Positions 26,467 to 35,631 of a DNA stretch of 43,508 bases are shown piece by piece. Each line of letters opens with the position of its first letter. The stretch's first letter is position 1. A program made the position numbers and the translations under genes. Location of the stretch: NCBI GenBank assembly GCA_947451105.1, contig CANFXY010000003.1, forward strand, positions 1-43,508, given 5' to 3'. The stretch is from Bacteroidota bacterium (lineage in GTDB: Bacteria; Bacteroidota; Bacteroidia; NS11-12g; UBA955). Below the pieces are notes generated by a model. That model worked only from the letters and a program-made list of their open reading frames with translations, did no database searches and was not told the DNA's origin.

Positions 26467-27564
26467 ATGAAGCTTTTATACATCACCAATGGCATTAATG
26501 GCGCAGGAGGTCTCGAAAGAGTACTTTCAGTAAAAGCATCCTATTTGGCAGAGCAGTATAATTATGGAGTTACAATTTTATCATTAAACAACAACGATTC
26601 CAATCCCTTTTATCAATTTTCAAATAAAATAAACTTTGTAAGCATAAAGGTCCAAGGGAATGTATTAAATTACATAAAGTATTATACAAAAGGACTTCAA
26701 GAACAAGTAGATGCCATTCAACCTGACATTGTATGTGTTTGTGACGACGGGTTAAAAGCGTTCTTTATTCCACAATTTCTAAGAACAAAAGCTCCTATTA
26801 TTTATGAGCGACATGTATCGAAAGAAATTGAAATGACTGAGAACAGCCATTCATTTAAAAAAAATATAGTTAAGTTAAAATGGTTTTTAATGAGGTTGTT
26901 GGCGCCAAGTTTTTCCAAATTCATAGTATTGACCAAGGGCAATGTGCAAGAATGGAAAGCTTTAAAAAATGTACATATAATTCCCAATCCACTTTCTTTT
27001 TTCCCCAATCAATCAAGCAGACTTCAAAACAAGAAAGTAATAGCCGTGGGTAAGCAAGGTTACCAAAAAGGGTATGATAGATTGTTAAATGCTTGGAAAC
27101 TTGTGCACGAAAAACAGCCCGATTGGGAATTGGAAATTTATGGAACGATTAAAGAAGAATATAAGTTGCAAGAACTTGCTTATGAATTAGGCATAGGAAA
27201 TGTCGTTCATTTTTATCCCCCTGAGAAAGACATCCAAACAAAATATTTAGATGCTTCAATTTATGTTATGTCTTCGCGCTTTGAAGGTTTTGGGATGGTT
27301 TTAATTGAAGCAATGGCCTGCGGGCTGCCTTGCATTTCTTTTGATTGTCCACATGGACCTGCTGATGTAATATCTAATAATGAAGATGGTTTTTTAGTTG
27401 ATAATGGAGATTGCAGGCAATTGGCGGAAGCTATAATAACCTTAATTGAAGACGAGGCTTCTAGGGTCAAAATGGGTAGAAATGCAAAAGAAAATGTAAA
27501 ACGTTTCATGACTGCTCTTGTGGTTCAAGAATGGGATATATTATTTAAAATGTTGAAAAAATGA
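26467..27564 (+). CDS. Family 4 glycosyltransferase
   Basis: GGLERVLSVKASYL and EGFGMVLIEAMACGLPCISFDCPHGPADVI. Confidence 0.85.
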   Translation: MKLLYITNGINGAGGLERVLSVKASYLAEQYNYGVTILSLNNNDSNPFYQFSNKINFVSIKVQGNVLNYIKYYTKGLQEQVDAIQPDIVCVCDDGLKAFFIPQFLRTKAPIIYERHVSKEIEMTENSHSFKKNIVKLKWFLMRLLAPSFSKFIVLTKGNVQEWKALKNVHIIPNPLSFFPNQSSRLQNKKVIAVGKQGYQKGYDRLLNAWKLVHEKQPDWELEIYGTIKEEYKLQELAYELGIGNVVHFYPPEKDIQTKYLDASIYVMSSRFEGFGMVLIEAMACGLPCISFDCPHGPADVISNNEDGFLVDNGDCRQLAEAIITLIEDEASRVKMGRNAKENVKRFMTALVVQEWDILFKMLKK

Positions 27565-28661
27565 AAATAATATACTGTACCAGCCATTTTTGTGAACATG
27601 GGGGCATTGAAAAAATGCTTGCTCAAAAAATAAATTATTGGATACAAACTTACGGTTATGAAGTTATCCTTTGTACTTCTGAACAGCGTAAAAAAGGTTT
27701 TGTTTATCCCTTGGACCCAAACACAAAGCATGTAGATTTAGGCATCAACTACAAACGGTCAAAAAGTTATTTTTATCCCATCAATTTAATAAAATCTTTT
27801 CAGCATTATTTTAGGTTAAAGCGCTTAATAAAGGTTTGTAAACCGGATGTCATTGTTTCAGTTAATTTTACACCCGAACAATATTTAATTCCTTTTTTGG
27901 CCAAACAAATTGTTACGGTCAAAGAATTTCATTCTTCCGGGTTCAGTCTGCAGGTGCCAAAAACTGTATTTGAAAAATTGAAATTCCAATTGTTTAGAAT
28001 ATTAAACCGTTATACAGTAAAAGTGGTATTGAACCAAGATGAGAAACAATACTATCATTTTGAAGGCATCGAGGTTATTCCCAATTTTATAGTACCTCAA
28101 GTTTTTGAAAACAAAGTTAAAGCAAATACCATTATAGCGGCTGGACGCATAGCCCCAGTGAAACAATTTGACCATCTTATTGCAGCTTGGGCAAAGATAG
28201 CAGAAGATGTTCCCAATTGGGAAGTTCATATTTATGGTGATGGCGATGCCCATTTGCATCAACAACTACAAAATCAGATAAACAAAGAAAATATACCACG
28301 CATTGTTTTAAAAGGTGCAACCAGTCAGCTTGAACAAGCAATGCAAAATGCTTCTATATACGCCATGACCTCTGCAACAGAATGTTTTCCTATGGTGTTG
28401 TTAGAGGCACAAGCTGCAGGAATGGCAGTAATTTCTTACGATTGTCCGAATGGGCCAAGAAACATTATTAAACACAATGAAAATGGTATTTTGGTTAAAA
28501 ATCAAGATGTCAATCAATTTTCTAATGAATTGAAAATGCTTATAAACAATGTCAAGCATCAAAAAGATATTCAATTAAAATCTTTGAATACTATCCATGA
28601 ATTTAATGAAAATACCATCATGAAGAAATGGGATGCTTTATTCAAATCAATTATAATATGA
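27561..28661 (+). CDS. Family 4 glycosyltransferase (adjacent paralog of 26467-27564)
   Basis: GGIEKMLAQKINYW and ECFPMVLLEAQAAGMAVISYDCPNGPRNII. ATGA overlap with the upstream gene. Confidence 0.8.
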   Translation: MKIIYCTSHFCEHGGIEKMLAQKINYWIQTYGYEVILCTSEQRKKGFVYPLDPNTKHVDLGINYKRSKSYFYPINLIKSFQHYFRLKRLIKVCKPDVIVSVNFTPEQYLIPFLAKQIVTVKEFHSSGFSLQVPKTVFEKLKFQLFRILNRYTVKVVLNQDEKQYYHFEGIEVIPNFIVPQVFENKVKANTIIAAGRIAPVKQFDHLIAAWAKIAEDVPNWEVHIYGDGDAHLHQQLQNQINKENIPRIVLKGATSQLEQAMQNASIYAMTSATECFPMVLLEAQAAGMAVISYDCPNGPRNIIKHNENGILVKNQDVNQFSNELKMLINNVKHQKDIQLKSLNTIHEFNENTIMKKWDALFKSIII

Positions 28662-30118
28662 CACATTTTTTAGTCGTAGTCCACGCTAAACAGATTCCAA
28701 ATTATTTAGCGCTCGCGGTTGAGAAATTGGCTGAAATCGAAGGTTGTATAGTAAGCCTTAGGATCGACTCCAGAATGAAAGCGATCAGCGCACAAAAGTG
28801 GAGCGCCCTTGAACATGTAATCAATAAGAGAACTCCTGTTTTTAGAAAAGATCCTTTGGGATTGACAGATCTAGATACTATTGTGAATTCAAGAGAAAAT
28901 GTGCTTTGGATCAACCAAGTAGCAACGATCCAAGTGGATTGGATTTTGTTAGAGGATGCAACAATATGCCTTGAACACTTTACGGAAAATACTAAACATG
29001 GATTCTTCGCCTTGGAATTTAATTATAAGCGCATTATATCTGAAACTATAAGCAATCAATCACTCACATTATCCTATCTTTATAAATCGCCAAACGCAGA
29101 ATCCTGGCGTTTATTCAGCCATAAAGTTGGATTAGAAAAAGGATTAAAAAACAACCACGACAAAGTCCTTTGGAATTTTCCAGTCTTTCTTACCCGCAGT
29201 ATTTTCCAAGAATTTAAATCTATAGATGAAATTAACCTACAGCCATTTAAAAAACATCTGATAGTATTAAAAACGGCAATTCTTAACTATCAAATTCGCC
29301 TTTTATGGAAAATTATAAAACGTAAATTATTCTCAAAACAATATAATTGGAAGATTGCTTTTGAAAAAGATGGAGACCACATTTTTTTAAACCAAACACC
29401 GAATTCTTTTTGGGCTGATCCTTTTTTTCTGCAACACAACGGAATCAAGGCACTATTTATAGAAGAATTGGATTTGCATGGAAAGGGCATAATAAGCGCA
29501 ATTAAATTAGATGAACATTTTGAGGTTATTGAAAAGAGGATAATAATTGAAGCAGAATTTAGCCTTTCATTTCCCAATGTTTTTATAGAAAATGGACGTG
29601 TATCAATGGTTCCAGAAAGTTCAGCAGGGAACAAAGTTTTATTGTATCAATGTGATGACTTTCCTTTTAAATGGTCTTTGAACAAAGTAATCGCTGAAAA
29701 CATGAAGTTGGTTGACGCTGTTTGGGTAAAAAAAGACGATATCTATTGGTTGTTTGCAAATAAAATCGAGGATTTTGAATATGACAATAATGAACGGTTG
29801 TATTTGTTTTCAAGTAAAGATTTTACTTCTGCTCAGTGGCATCCACACCCTCTAAACCCAATTGTAAGTGGTGCTGAATGTGCAAGAAATGCAGGTAAAA
29901 TAATCTGCGAACAGGGTAAGTTAATTAGGGTTGCTCAGAATTGTAAAACATCATACGGTGCAAATTTAGTGTTTAATGAAATTGAAATCCTTTCACAAAC
30001 TCAGTATGAAGAAAAGCAAGTGGCAACAAAGCGTCCAAAGTCCCCTTTCTTAGGTCAGCACACATGGAATGACGCTTGCAACGGTTACTCAGTAAGTGAC
30101 TACTTAATTAAAGAATAA
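28658..30118 (+). CDS. Two-domain hypothetical protein. The C-terminal half may belong to the beta-propeller family annotated as glucosamine inositolphosphorylceramide transferase-like
   Basis: Soluble. The C-terminal region has FWADPFFLQHNGIKALFIEE...SFPNVF...WSLNKV...WHPHPLNPI blade-like repeats. The start was moved from the ORF-track 28628 to the ATG at 28658, which overlaps the upstream TGA. The family call is from memory only. Confidence 0.35.
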   Translation: MTHFLVVVHAKQIPNYLALAVEKLAEIEGCIVSLRIDSRMKAISAQKWSALEHVINKRTPVFRKDPLGLTDLDTIVNSRENVLWINQVATIQVDWILLEDATICLEHFTENTKHGFFALEFNYKRIISETISNQSLTLSYLYKSPNAESWRLFSHKVGLEKGLKNNHDKVLWNFPVFLTRSIFQEFKSIDEINLQPFKKHLIVLKTAILNYQIRLLWKIIKRKLFSKQYNWKIAFEKDGDHIFLNQTPNSFWADPFFLQHNGIKALFIEELDLHGKGIISAIKLDEHFEVIEKRIIIEAEFSLSFPNVFIENGRVSMVPESSAGNKVLLYQCDDFPFKWSLNKVIAENMKLVDAVWVKKDDIYWLFANKIEDFEYDNNERLYLFSSKDFTSAQWHPHPLNPIVSGAECARNAGKIICEQGKLIRVAQNCKTSYGANLVFNEIEILSQTQYEEKQVATKRPKSPFLGQHTWNDACNGYSVSDYLIKE

Positions 30119-30122
30119 AAAA

Positions 30123-31199
30123 TTGAACGCCCTTATTCCAATAGAGTATTACTCTAGATTGTTTTTTTACGTAACTTTTATTGGCGTATTGATAGCTTAT
30201 TTCAAATTAAGGGGTTCTAATAATTTATTTCGTTCATCATTGATTCATTATTTGTTAGTATATGCCTTGATTTTATATTTAGGCTTTCGTCCTGTTAGTG
30301 TTTTTTTTGGAGATATGGGCTCTTATGCAATGATTTTCGAGTCATATAAAAATGGTTATGATGGAATTTATCAGCAAGATTGGGGGTTTGAATGGTTCAT
30401 GAAAAATACCGCAAGGTTCTTGCCACTGGATTTGTTTTTTTTGCTCGTTGCTTTTATTTATGTTTTTGCACATTATTTAGCTTCTAAGCGCTTGTTTAAG
30501 GATAATTGGCATTATGCATTTTTAATATTAATATCCTCATTTTCATTTTGGAGTTATGGCACCAACGGCATAAGAAATGGGATGGCAGCAGCACTCATAT
30601 TACTGGCCTTTTCATTTGAAAAAAACAAACCCATTGCGCTTGCCTTGGCATTGGTGGCTGCTTCATTTCACCAAACTATGCTTTTGCCCCTTGCTGCCTA
30701 TGGTCTCACTTTCATAAACAACAATTCAAAATACTACCTGTGGCTATGGTTTGTTTGTATACCACTTTCCTTAGCCGCTGGTGGCTTGTTTGAATTTTTC
30801 TTTGCAGGTCTTGGATTTAATGATTCTCGATTAAGTTATTTAACAGATGGCAACGTAAATGATGATGATTTTGCCAGCACAGGCTTTCGCTGGGATTTTT
30901 TATTGTACAGTGCATCGGCAGTTTTTTCAGGTTATTATTTTATCATAAAAAAACAATTCCAGGATGTCTGGTACCAAAGGTTATTAAATGTGTATTTAAT
31001 TTCTAATGGATTTTGGATTTTGGTTATACGAGCCAACTTTAGTAACCGTTTTGCTTATTTGTCATGGTTCATGATGGGCCTGGTAATTGTTTACCCCTTT
31101 TTAAAAGGAGATTTCATCAAAGACCAACCACGTATCTTAGGTATGGTAATTCTTATATACTTTCTATTTACATTTTTATTAAATGTCATTCTAGCTTAA
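30123..31199 (+). CDS. EpsG-family membrane protein (Wzy-like polymerase candidate)
   Basis: 358 aa, about 10 TM helices, early YLGFRPVSVFFGDMGSY motif typical of the EpsG family. TTG start. Confidence 0.6.
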   Translation: MNALIPIEYYSRLFFYVTFIGVLIAYFKLRGSNNLFRSSLIHYLLVYALILYLGFRPVSVFFGDMGSYAMIFESYKNGYDGIYQQDWGFEWFMKNTARFLPLDLFFLLVAFIYVFAHYLASKRLFKDNWHYAFLILISSFSFWSYGTNGIRNGMAAALILLAFSFEKNKPIALALALVAASFHQTMLLPLAAYGLTFINNNSKYYLWLWFVCIPLSLAAGGLFEFFFAGLGFNDSRLSYLTDGNVNDDDFASTGFRWDFLLYSASAVFSGYYFIIKKQFQDVWYQRLLNVYLISNGFWILVIRANFSNRFAYLSWFMMGLVIVYPFLKGDFIKDQPRILGMVILIYFLFTFLLNVILA

Positions 31200-31207
31200 T
31201 TAATCAC

Positions 31208-32095
31208 TTGAAATCAATAACAGTTTTCACCCCCACTTTTAACCGTGCTTATTGCTTGCACCAAGTATACGAAAGTTTATTGAGGCAAACGTCCAAAGAT
31301 TTTATATGGCTGATTATTGACGATGGTTCAACAGACAATACCAGGCAATTGGTACAACAATGGATAGATGATAATAAAATTCAGATTCAATACCACTTTA
31401 AGCCTAATGGTGGCATGCATACTGGGCATAATGCCGCCTACCAATTAATTGAAACGCCATTTAATGTATGTATAGATTCTGATGATTTTTTAAGCGATAA
31501 TTCCATAGAAATCATTTTATTTAATTGCGAAAATTTAGCCCCCAACTTTGCTGGAATTGTCGGTTTAGATGCAGATAAAAATGGTAATATTATAGGAACA
31601 AAAATTCCCACAAAGCTTGCTAAATGTAAGCTTAATGAACTGTATTTGAAACATGCTGTAAAAGGGGATAAGAAACTTGTATACAAAACAGCAATTATTA
31701 AACATTTTCCTCTTTATCCAGAATTCCCTGGCGAACGCTTTGTTCCCCTCGATTACATTCCCTTGCTCATCGACCAAGAATATGATTTGAAGCCTGTTAA
31801 TGAAATATTATGTGTTGTGGAATACCAAATTGACGGTTCCTCAATGAATATTTTAAAACAATACAGGAAAAACCCTAAGGGGTTTGCTTTTTCAAGGATT
31901 AGTCGCATTCAATACGGCTTGACTTTAAAAGAGCGCTTTAAAAATTCAATTCATTTGGTTTCATGTGTCATTTTCTCTAAAGAATTTCGCAATCTTTGGA
32001 AGACAAAACACCATTTGTTAATATTATTGGCCTTCCCTTTTGGTTTTGTTTTGAATTTATATATTCGATACAAAACGGACTTTGTCGCTCAATAA
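31208..32095 (+). CDS. Family 2 glycosyltransferase
   Basis: ITVFTPTFNRAYCLHQVYESLLRQTSKDFIWLIIDDGSTDNT, and CIDSDDF as the DxD motif. The ORF-track start at 31064 lies inside the hydrophobic C-terminus of the EpsG gene. The in-frame TTG at 31208 is the first plausible start after its stop. Confidence 0.75.
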   Translation: MKSITVFTPTFNRAYCLHQVYESLLRQTSKDFIWLIIDDGSTDNTRQLVQQWIDDNKIQIQYHFKPNGGMHTGHNAAYQLIETPFNVCIDSDDFLSDNSIEIILFNCENLAPNFAGIVGLDADKNGNIIGTKIPTKLAKCKLNELYLKHAVKGDKKLVYKTAIIKHFPLYPEFPGERFVPLDYIPLLIDQEYDLKPVNEILCVVEYQIDGSSMNILKQYRKNPKGFAFSRISRIQYGLTLKERFKNSIHLVSCVIFSKEFRNLWKTKHHLLILLAFPFGFVLNLYIRYKTDFVAQ

Positions 32096-32142
32096 AAAAG
32101 TCCGCTTTTTTAACTTATTATACTTTTTTGAAAGAACAGCAA

Positions 32143-33246
32143 ATGAAAATAGCCCACCTCATAAATAGCCTAGCAACCGGAGGGGCAGAACGGCTGGTTC
32201 TTGACACGGTGCCTTTATGCCAAGGATATGGGATAACGACGGATGTAATCGTTGCCAATGGTAAGAATTATCCTTTTATGCAAGAACTTAAAGCCAGCCA
32301 TAAAGGCAAAGTGATTTCATTAAGTGAGGGTAGTGTCTACAATCCACTATTGGTATTTAAAATTATGCGGCATTTGCGAAACTATGACATCGTGCATGTA
32401 CATTTGTTTCCCGTGCAATATTTTGCTGTTGTTGCCCAATGGCTAAGCAGAGCAAAAGTTAAATTGGTTTTTACCGAGCACAATACGTCAAACAGGCGTT
32501 TAAATAAATGGTATTTTAAGGCGATAGAAAAGCTAATTTATGGTGCGTATTCATCTGTAGTTTGTATTACAAATGAAATAAAATTAATTTATGAAAACTA
32601 TTTACCAAATCATAAAAAGAAGTTTCTGCTTATTGAAAATGGAGTAAATATCTCTGCCATTCAAAAGGCAATTCCTATAGAAAAATTGAGCCTAGGTAAA
32701 TCAATTTTAGAAACCGACGTATTACTAATTCAAGTAGCTGCTTTCAGAGAGCAAAAAGATCAAGCGACACTCATTAAATCAATCGTATTGTTGCCTCAAG
32801 AAATAAAATTACTTTTGGTAGGTGAAGGTGCAACAAAGAATTCGTGCATGCAATTGGTCAACGATTTGGGGTTGTCAAGCCGCGTGTTTTTTTTAGGTGT
32901 TAGAATGGATGTCCCTCAATTGTTAAAAACAGCCGACATAGTTGTTTTATCGTCTAAGCATGAGGGCTTGTCATTGTCGAGTATCGAAGGCATGGCCTCA
33001 GGCAAGCCTTTTTTAGCTTCGAGGGTGCCTGGTTTGTCAGATCTTGTAGAAAATGCAGGCGTATTGTTTGAATGCGGAAACGAAAAAAAATTGGCCAGGT
33101 GTATTCAAGAATTAATTGATGACCCAATACATTACAGAAAAGTAGCTCAAGCTTGTCAAGAAAGAGCTGAGGGCTATACCATAGAAAAAATGGTGGCTGC
33201 CCATATTGAATTGTACAAAAAACTTTTCAATGACAAACAAAACTAA
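32143..33246 (+). CDS. Family 4 glycosyltransferase
   Basis: MKIAHLINSLATGGAERLVL at the ATG at 32143, and a C-terminal SSKHEGLSLSSIEGMASGKPFLAS. The ORF-track extension back to 31996 overlaps the previous gene. Confidence 0.85.
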   Translation: MKIAHLINSLATGGAERLVLDTVPLCQGYGITTDVIVANGKNYPFMQELKASHKGKVISLSEGSVYNPLLVFKIMRHLRNYDIVHVHLFPVQYFAVVAQWLSRAKVKLVFTEHNTSNRRLNKWYFKAIEKLIYGAYSSVVCITNEIKLIYENYLPNHKKKFLLIENGVNISAIQKAIPIEKLSLGKSILETDVLLIQVAAFREQKDQATLIKSIVLLPQEIKLLLVGEGATKNSCMQLVNDLGLSSRVFFLGVRMDVPQLLKTADIVVLSSKHEGLSLSSIEGMASGKPFLASRVPGLSDLVENAGVLFECGNEKKLARCIQELIDDPIHYRKVAQACQERAEGYTIEKMVAAHIELYKKLFNDKQN

Positions 33247-34414
33247 ACTCATTCGAACTGCAACCATCGCAACATCATTAGATGTTCTGCTAAAGGGACA
33301 GTTGTGTTTTTTGCAAAAACATTTTGAAGTTCTTGCGGTGTCAGGGAATGACCAATATTTAGAGACCGTAAAAAACAGAGAAGGTGTAGAGGTAATCGAC
33401 ATCCCTATGTGTCGAAAAATTAGTTTCATAAATGACCTTGTTTCCCTATTTCGTTTATACAAGACTTTTCGCAAAGAAAAACCATTAATCGTGCATTCAA
33501 TAACCCCCAAGGCAGGTTTGCTTTCCATGTTGGCCGCCTATATGGCAAGGGTGCCAATTAGAATGCACAGCTTTACCGGTTTGGTTTTTCCAACACAAAA
33601 AGGCCTTTTTCAACAATTGCTCATCAACATGGATCAGCTTCTATGCCGTTTCGCAACCCATGTGTATCCTGAGGGGCAAGGGGTAAAAATTGATATGCTA
33701 ATCTATAACATCACCAAAAAGCCACTGAAAGTATTGGCCAACGGAAACATCAATGGGATTGATACAAGTTATTACAACCCAGATTCAATAAGTGAAGTTC
33801 AAAAACAGACCTTGCGAAAACAATTAGGCATAGCCAGCAATGACCTCGTTTTCTGCTTTGTTGGTCGGTTGGTTGGCGACAAAGGCATCAATGAATTGGT
33901 AAAGGCTTTTTCTGAAATCGAAAAATTACAAGCAAGTAAAAATGCCAAATTACTCTTGTTGGGCAGTTATGAGCAAGAACTAGACCCTTTGGCCGAAAAT
34001 ACATTGCAGGCAATTGAGGCAAGTCCAAATATAATTGCATGCGGATGGCAAGAGGACGTGCGTCCGTTTTTAGCCATTGGTGATGTGTTTGTGCTCCCAA
34101 GTTATAGAGAGGGTTTCCCAAATGTTGTACTTCAGGCTGGGTCTATGGGCTTGCCCTGTATTGTGACAGACATCAATGGCAGCAACGAAATAATAATTGA
34201 TGGTGTTAATGGCTGTATTATACCTCCGAAAAATGCGCATGCCTTAAACCAGTCTATGCAGCTCTTTTTAGAGAATCCCTCATTGCGAGAAATGCTGGCA
34301 GAAAATGCACGTCCATTAATTGCCTCAAGGTATGAGCAAGAGCTTGTTTGGGATGCTTTATTAGAAGAATATAAAAAACTCTTAAGAGAAAAAAACATCA
34401 GTACGCTTGTATAA
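33230..34414 (+). CDS. Family 4 glycosyltransferase
   Basis: GT-B C-terminal signature PSYREGFPNVVLQAGSMGLPCIVTDINGSNEII. ATG at 33230 chosen; it overlaps the upstream gene by 17 nt. Confidence 0.8.
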   Translation: MTNKTKLIRTATIATSLDVLLKGQLCFLQKHFEVLAVSGNDQYLETVKNREGVEVIDIPMCRKISFINDLVSLFRLYKTFRKEKPLIVHSITPKAGLLSMLAAYMARVPIRMHSFTGLVFPTQKGLFQQLLINMDQLLCRFATHVYPEGQGVKIDMLIYNITKKPLKVLANGNINGIDTSYYNPDSISEVQKQTLRKQLGIASNDLVFCFVGRLVGDKGINELVKAFSEIEKLQASKNAKLLLLGSYEQELDPLAENTLQAIEASPNIIACGWQEDVRPFLAIGDVFVLPSYREGFPNVVLQAGSMGLPCIVTDINGSNEIIIDGVNGCIIPPKNAHALNQSMQLFLENPSLREMLAENARPLIASRYEQELVWDALLEEYKKLLREKNISTLV

Positions 34415-35015
34415 ACAAGGAGTTAAACCTTTACTCGATTTTACATTGGCCTTAATAGGCTTTGTTGTTCTATGCCCTGTTTTTTTGTTTTTTGCCTTAG
34501 CGCTTTTCATTGCCAATAAGGGTAAGCCTTTCTTCTTTCAAACGCGGCCAGGTAAAAACGGCAGGCTTTTTAAGATCATCAAGTTCAAAACCATGAACGA
34601 TAAAAAAAATCTTGATGGAAATTTACTGGCAGATTCAGAAAGGTTAACAGCGATGGGCTCTATTGTCCGAAAGACTTCTATTGATGAAATTCCACAATTG
34701 CTCAATGTGCTAAAAGGTGATATGAGTCTTATAGGGCCGAGGCCCTTACTGCCAGAATATTTGCCCTTATACAACGAAACTCAGCAACGCCGTCATGAAG
34801 TGCGACCCGGCATTACCGGTTGGGCACAAGTGAATGGAAGAAACGCCATAAGTTGGCAAAAAAAATTCGAGTACGATGTTTGGTATGTGGAACATATTGG
34901 TTTCAAAGTAGATGCCATGATATTTTTAAAAACAATAAAAAAAGTGTTTAACAAGGAAGGAATTAGTTCAAAAGAATCTGTAACATGTTTGCCGTTTTAT
35001 GGGAATAAGAAATAA
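34407..35015 (+). CDS. Small monotopic phosphoglycosyl transferase (bacterial sugar transferase, PglC/WcfS type); initiating enzyme
   Basis: About 200 aa, a single N-terminal re-entrant helix, DEIPQLLNVLKGDMSLIGPRPLLPEY and RPGITGWAQVNGRN. TTG start. Confidence 0.9.
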   Translation: MYKQGVKPLLDFTLALIGFVVLCPVFLFFALALFIANKGKPFFFQTRPGKNGRLFKIIKFKTMNDKKNLDGNLLADSERLTAMGSIVRKTSIDEIPQLLNVLKGDMSLIGPRPLLPEYLPLYNETQQRRHEVRPGITGWAQVNGRNAISWQKKFEYDVWYVEHIGFKVDAMIFLKTIKKVFNKEGISSKESVTCLPFYGNKK

Positions 35016-35631
35016 ATTTATTTTTGGAGCAAGTGGCCATGGCAAGGTTGTGGCCGATTGTATTTTAAAAAACAATGGAATCGTCCTTGCTTTTTTTGAC
35101 GACGCCCCCCCAAGCAGCCAATGGAATGGGATATCAATTTTCAACAGCAACTTGTTGCCTAATGAAAGCAGCAACGAAATCATAATTGCCATAGGAAACA
35201 ATAAAAGTCGCAAGCAAATAAGCGAACGCTTAAAGACTTATACTTTTGGAATTATTCAGCATAAAACAAGTATATCAGCTTCTAATGTGTGCATTGGAAT
35301 TGGGACTGTGATTTTGGCTAATACGGTTATCAATTCAGATGCAACAATCGGCAAACATTGTATCATTAACACTGCTGCTGTTGTGGAGCATGATTGCACA
35401 ATTAATGACTATGTTCACCTATCGCCTAATGTGGTGCTAACTGGAGGTGTTGAAGTTGGAGAAGGCACGCATATTGGCGCAAGTGCTGTTGTGATACCAA
35501 ACATAAAAATTGGCAAATGGTGCACCATTGGCGCTGGGGCAGTGGTAATAAATGACATCCCTGACTTTGCGGTGGTGGTAGGCAATCCTGGCAAAATAAT
35601 AAAATATTCAAACAGCAATGAAACACCCTAA
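34999..35631 (+). CDS. NeuD/PglD-family sugar N-acetyltransferase (left-handed beta-helix)
   Basis: FIFGASGHGKVVADC N-terminal Rossmann-like part, followed by hexapeptide repeats (IGKHCIINTAAVVEHDCTINDYVHLSPNVVLTGGVEVGEGTHIGASAVV). Confidence 0.85.
   Translation: MGIRNKFIFGASGHGKVVADCILKNNGIVLAFFDDAPPSSQWNGISIFNSNLLPNESSNEIIIAIGNNKSRKQISERLKTYTFGIIQHKTSISASNVCIGIGTVILANTVINSDATIGKHCIINTAAVVEHDCTINDYVHLSPNVVLTGGVEVGEGTHIGASAVVIPNIKIGKWCTIGAGAVVINDIPDFAVVVGNPGKIIKYSNSNETP

Noticed and set aside
31064-31207. The N-terminal extension of the GT2 ORF, overlapping the EpsG-like gene by 136 nt. Similar extensions occur at 31996-32142, 28628-28657, 33206-33229, 39954-39995, 12464-12481 and 5495-5533.
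   Set aside because: These are longest-ORF artefacts. In each case a downstream start yields a canonical N-terminus (GT signature, signal peptide or ATGA coupling) and removes an implausible overlap.
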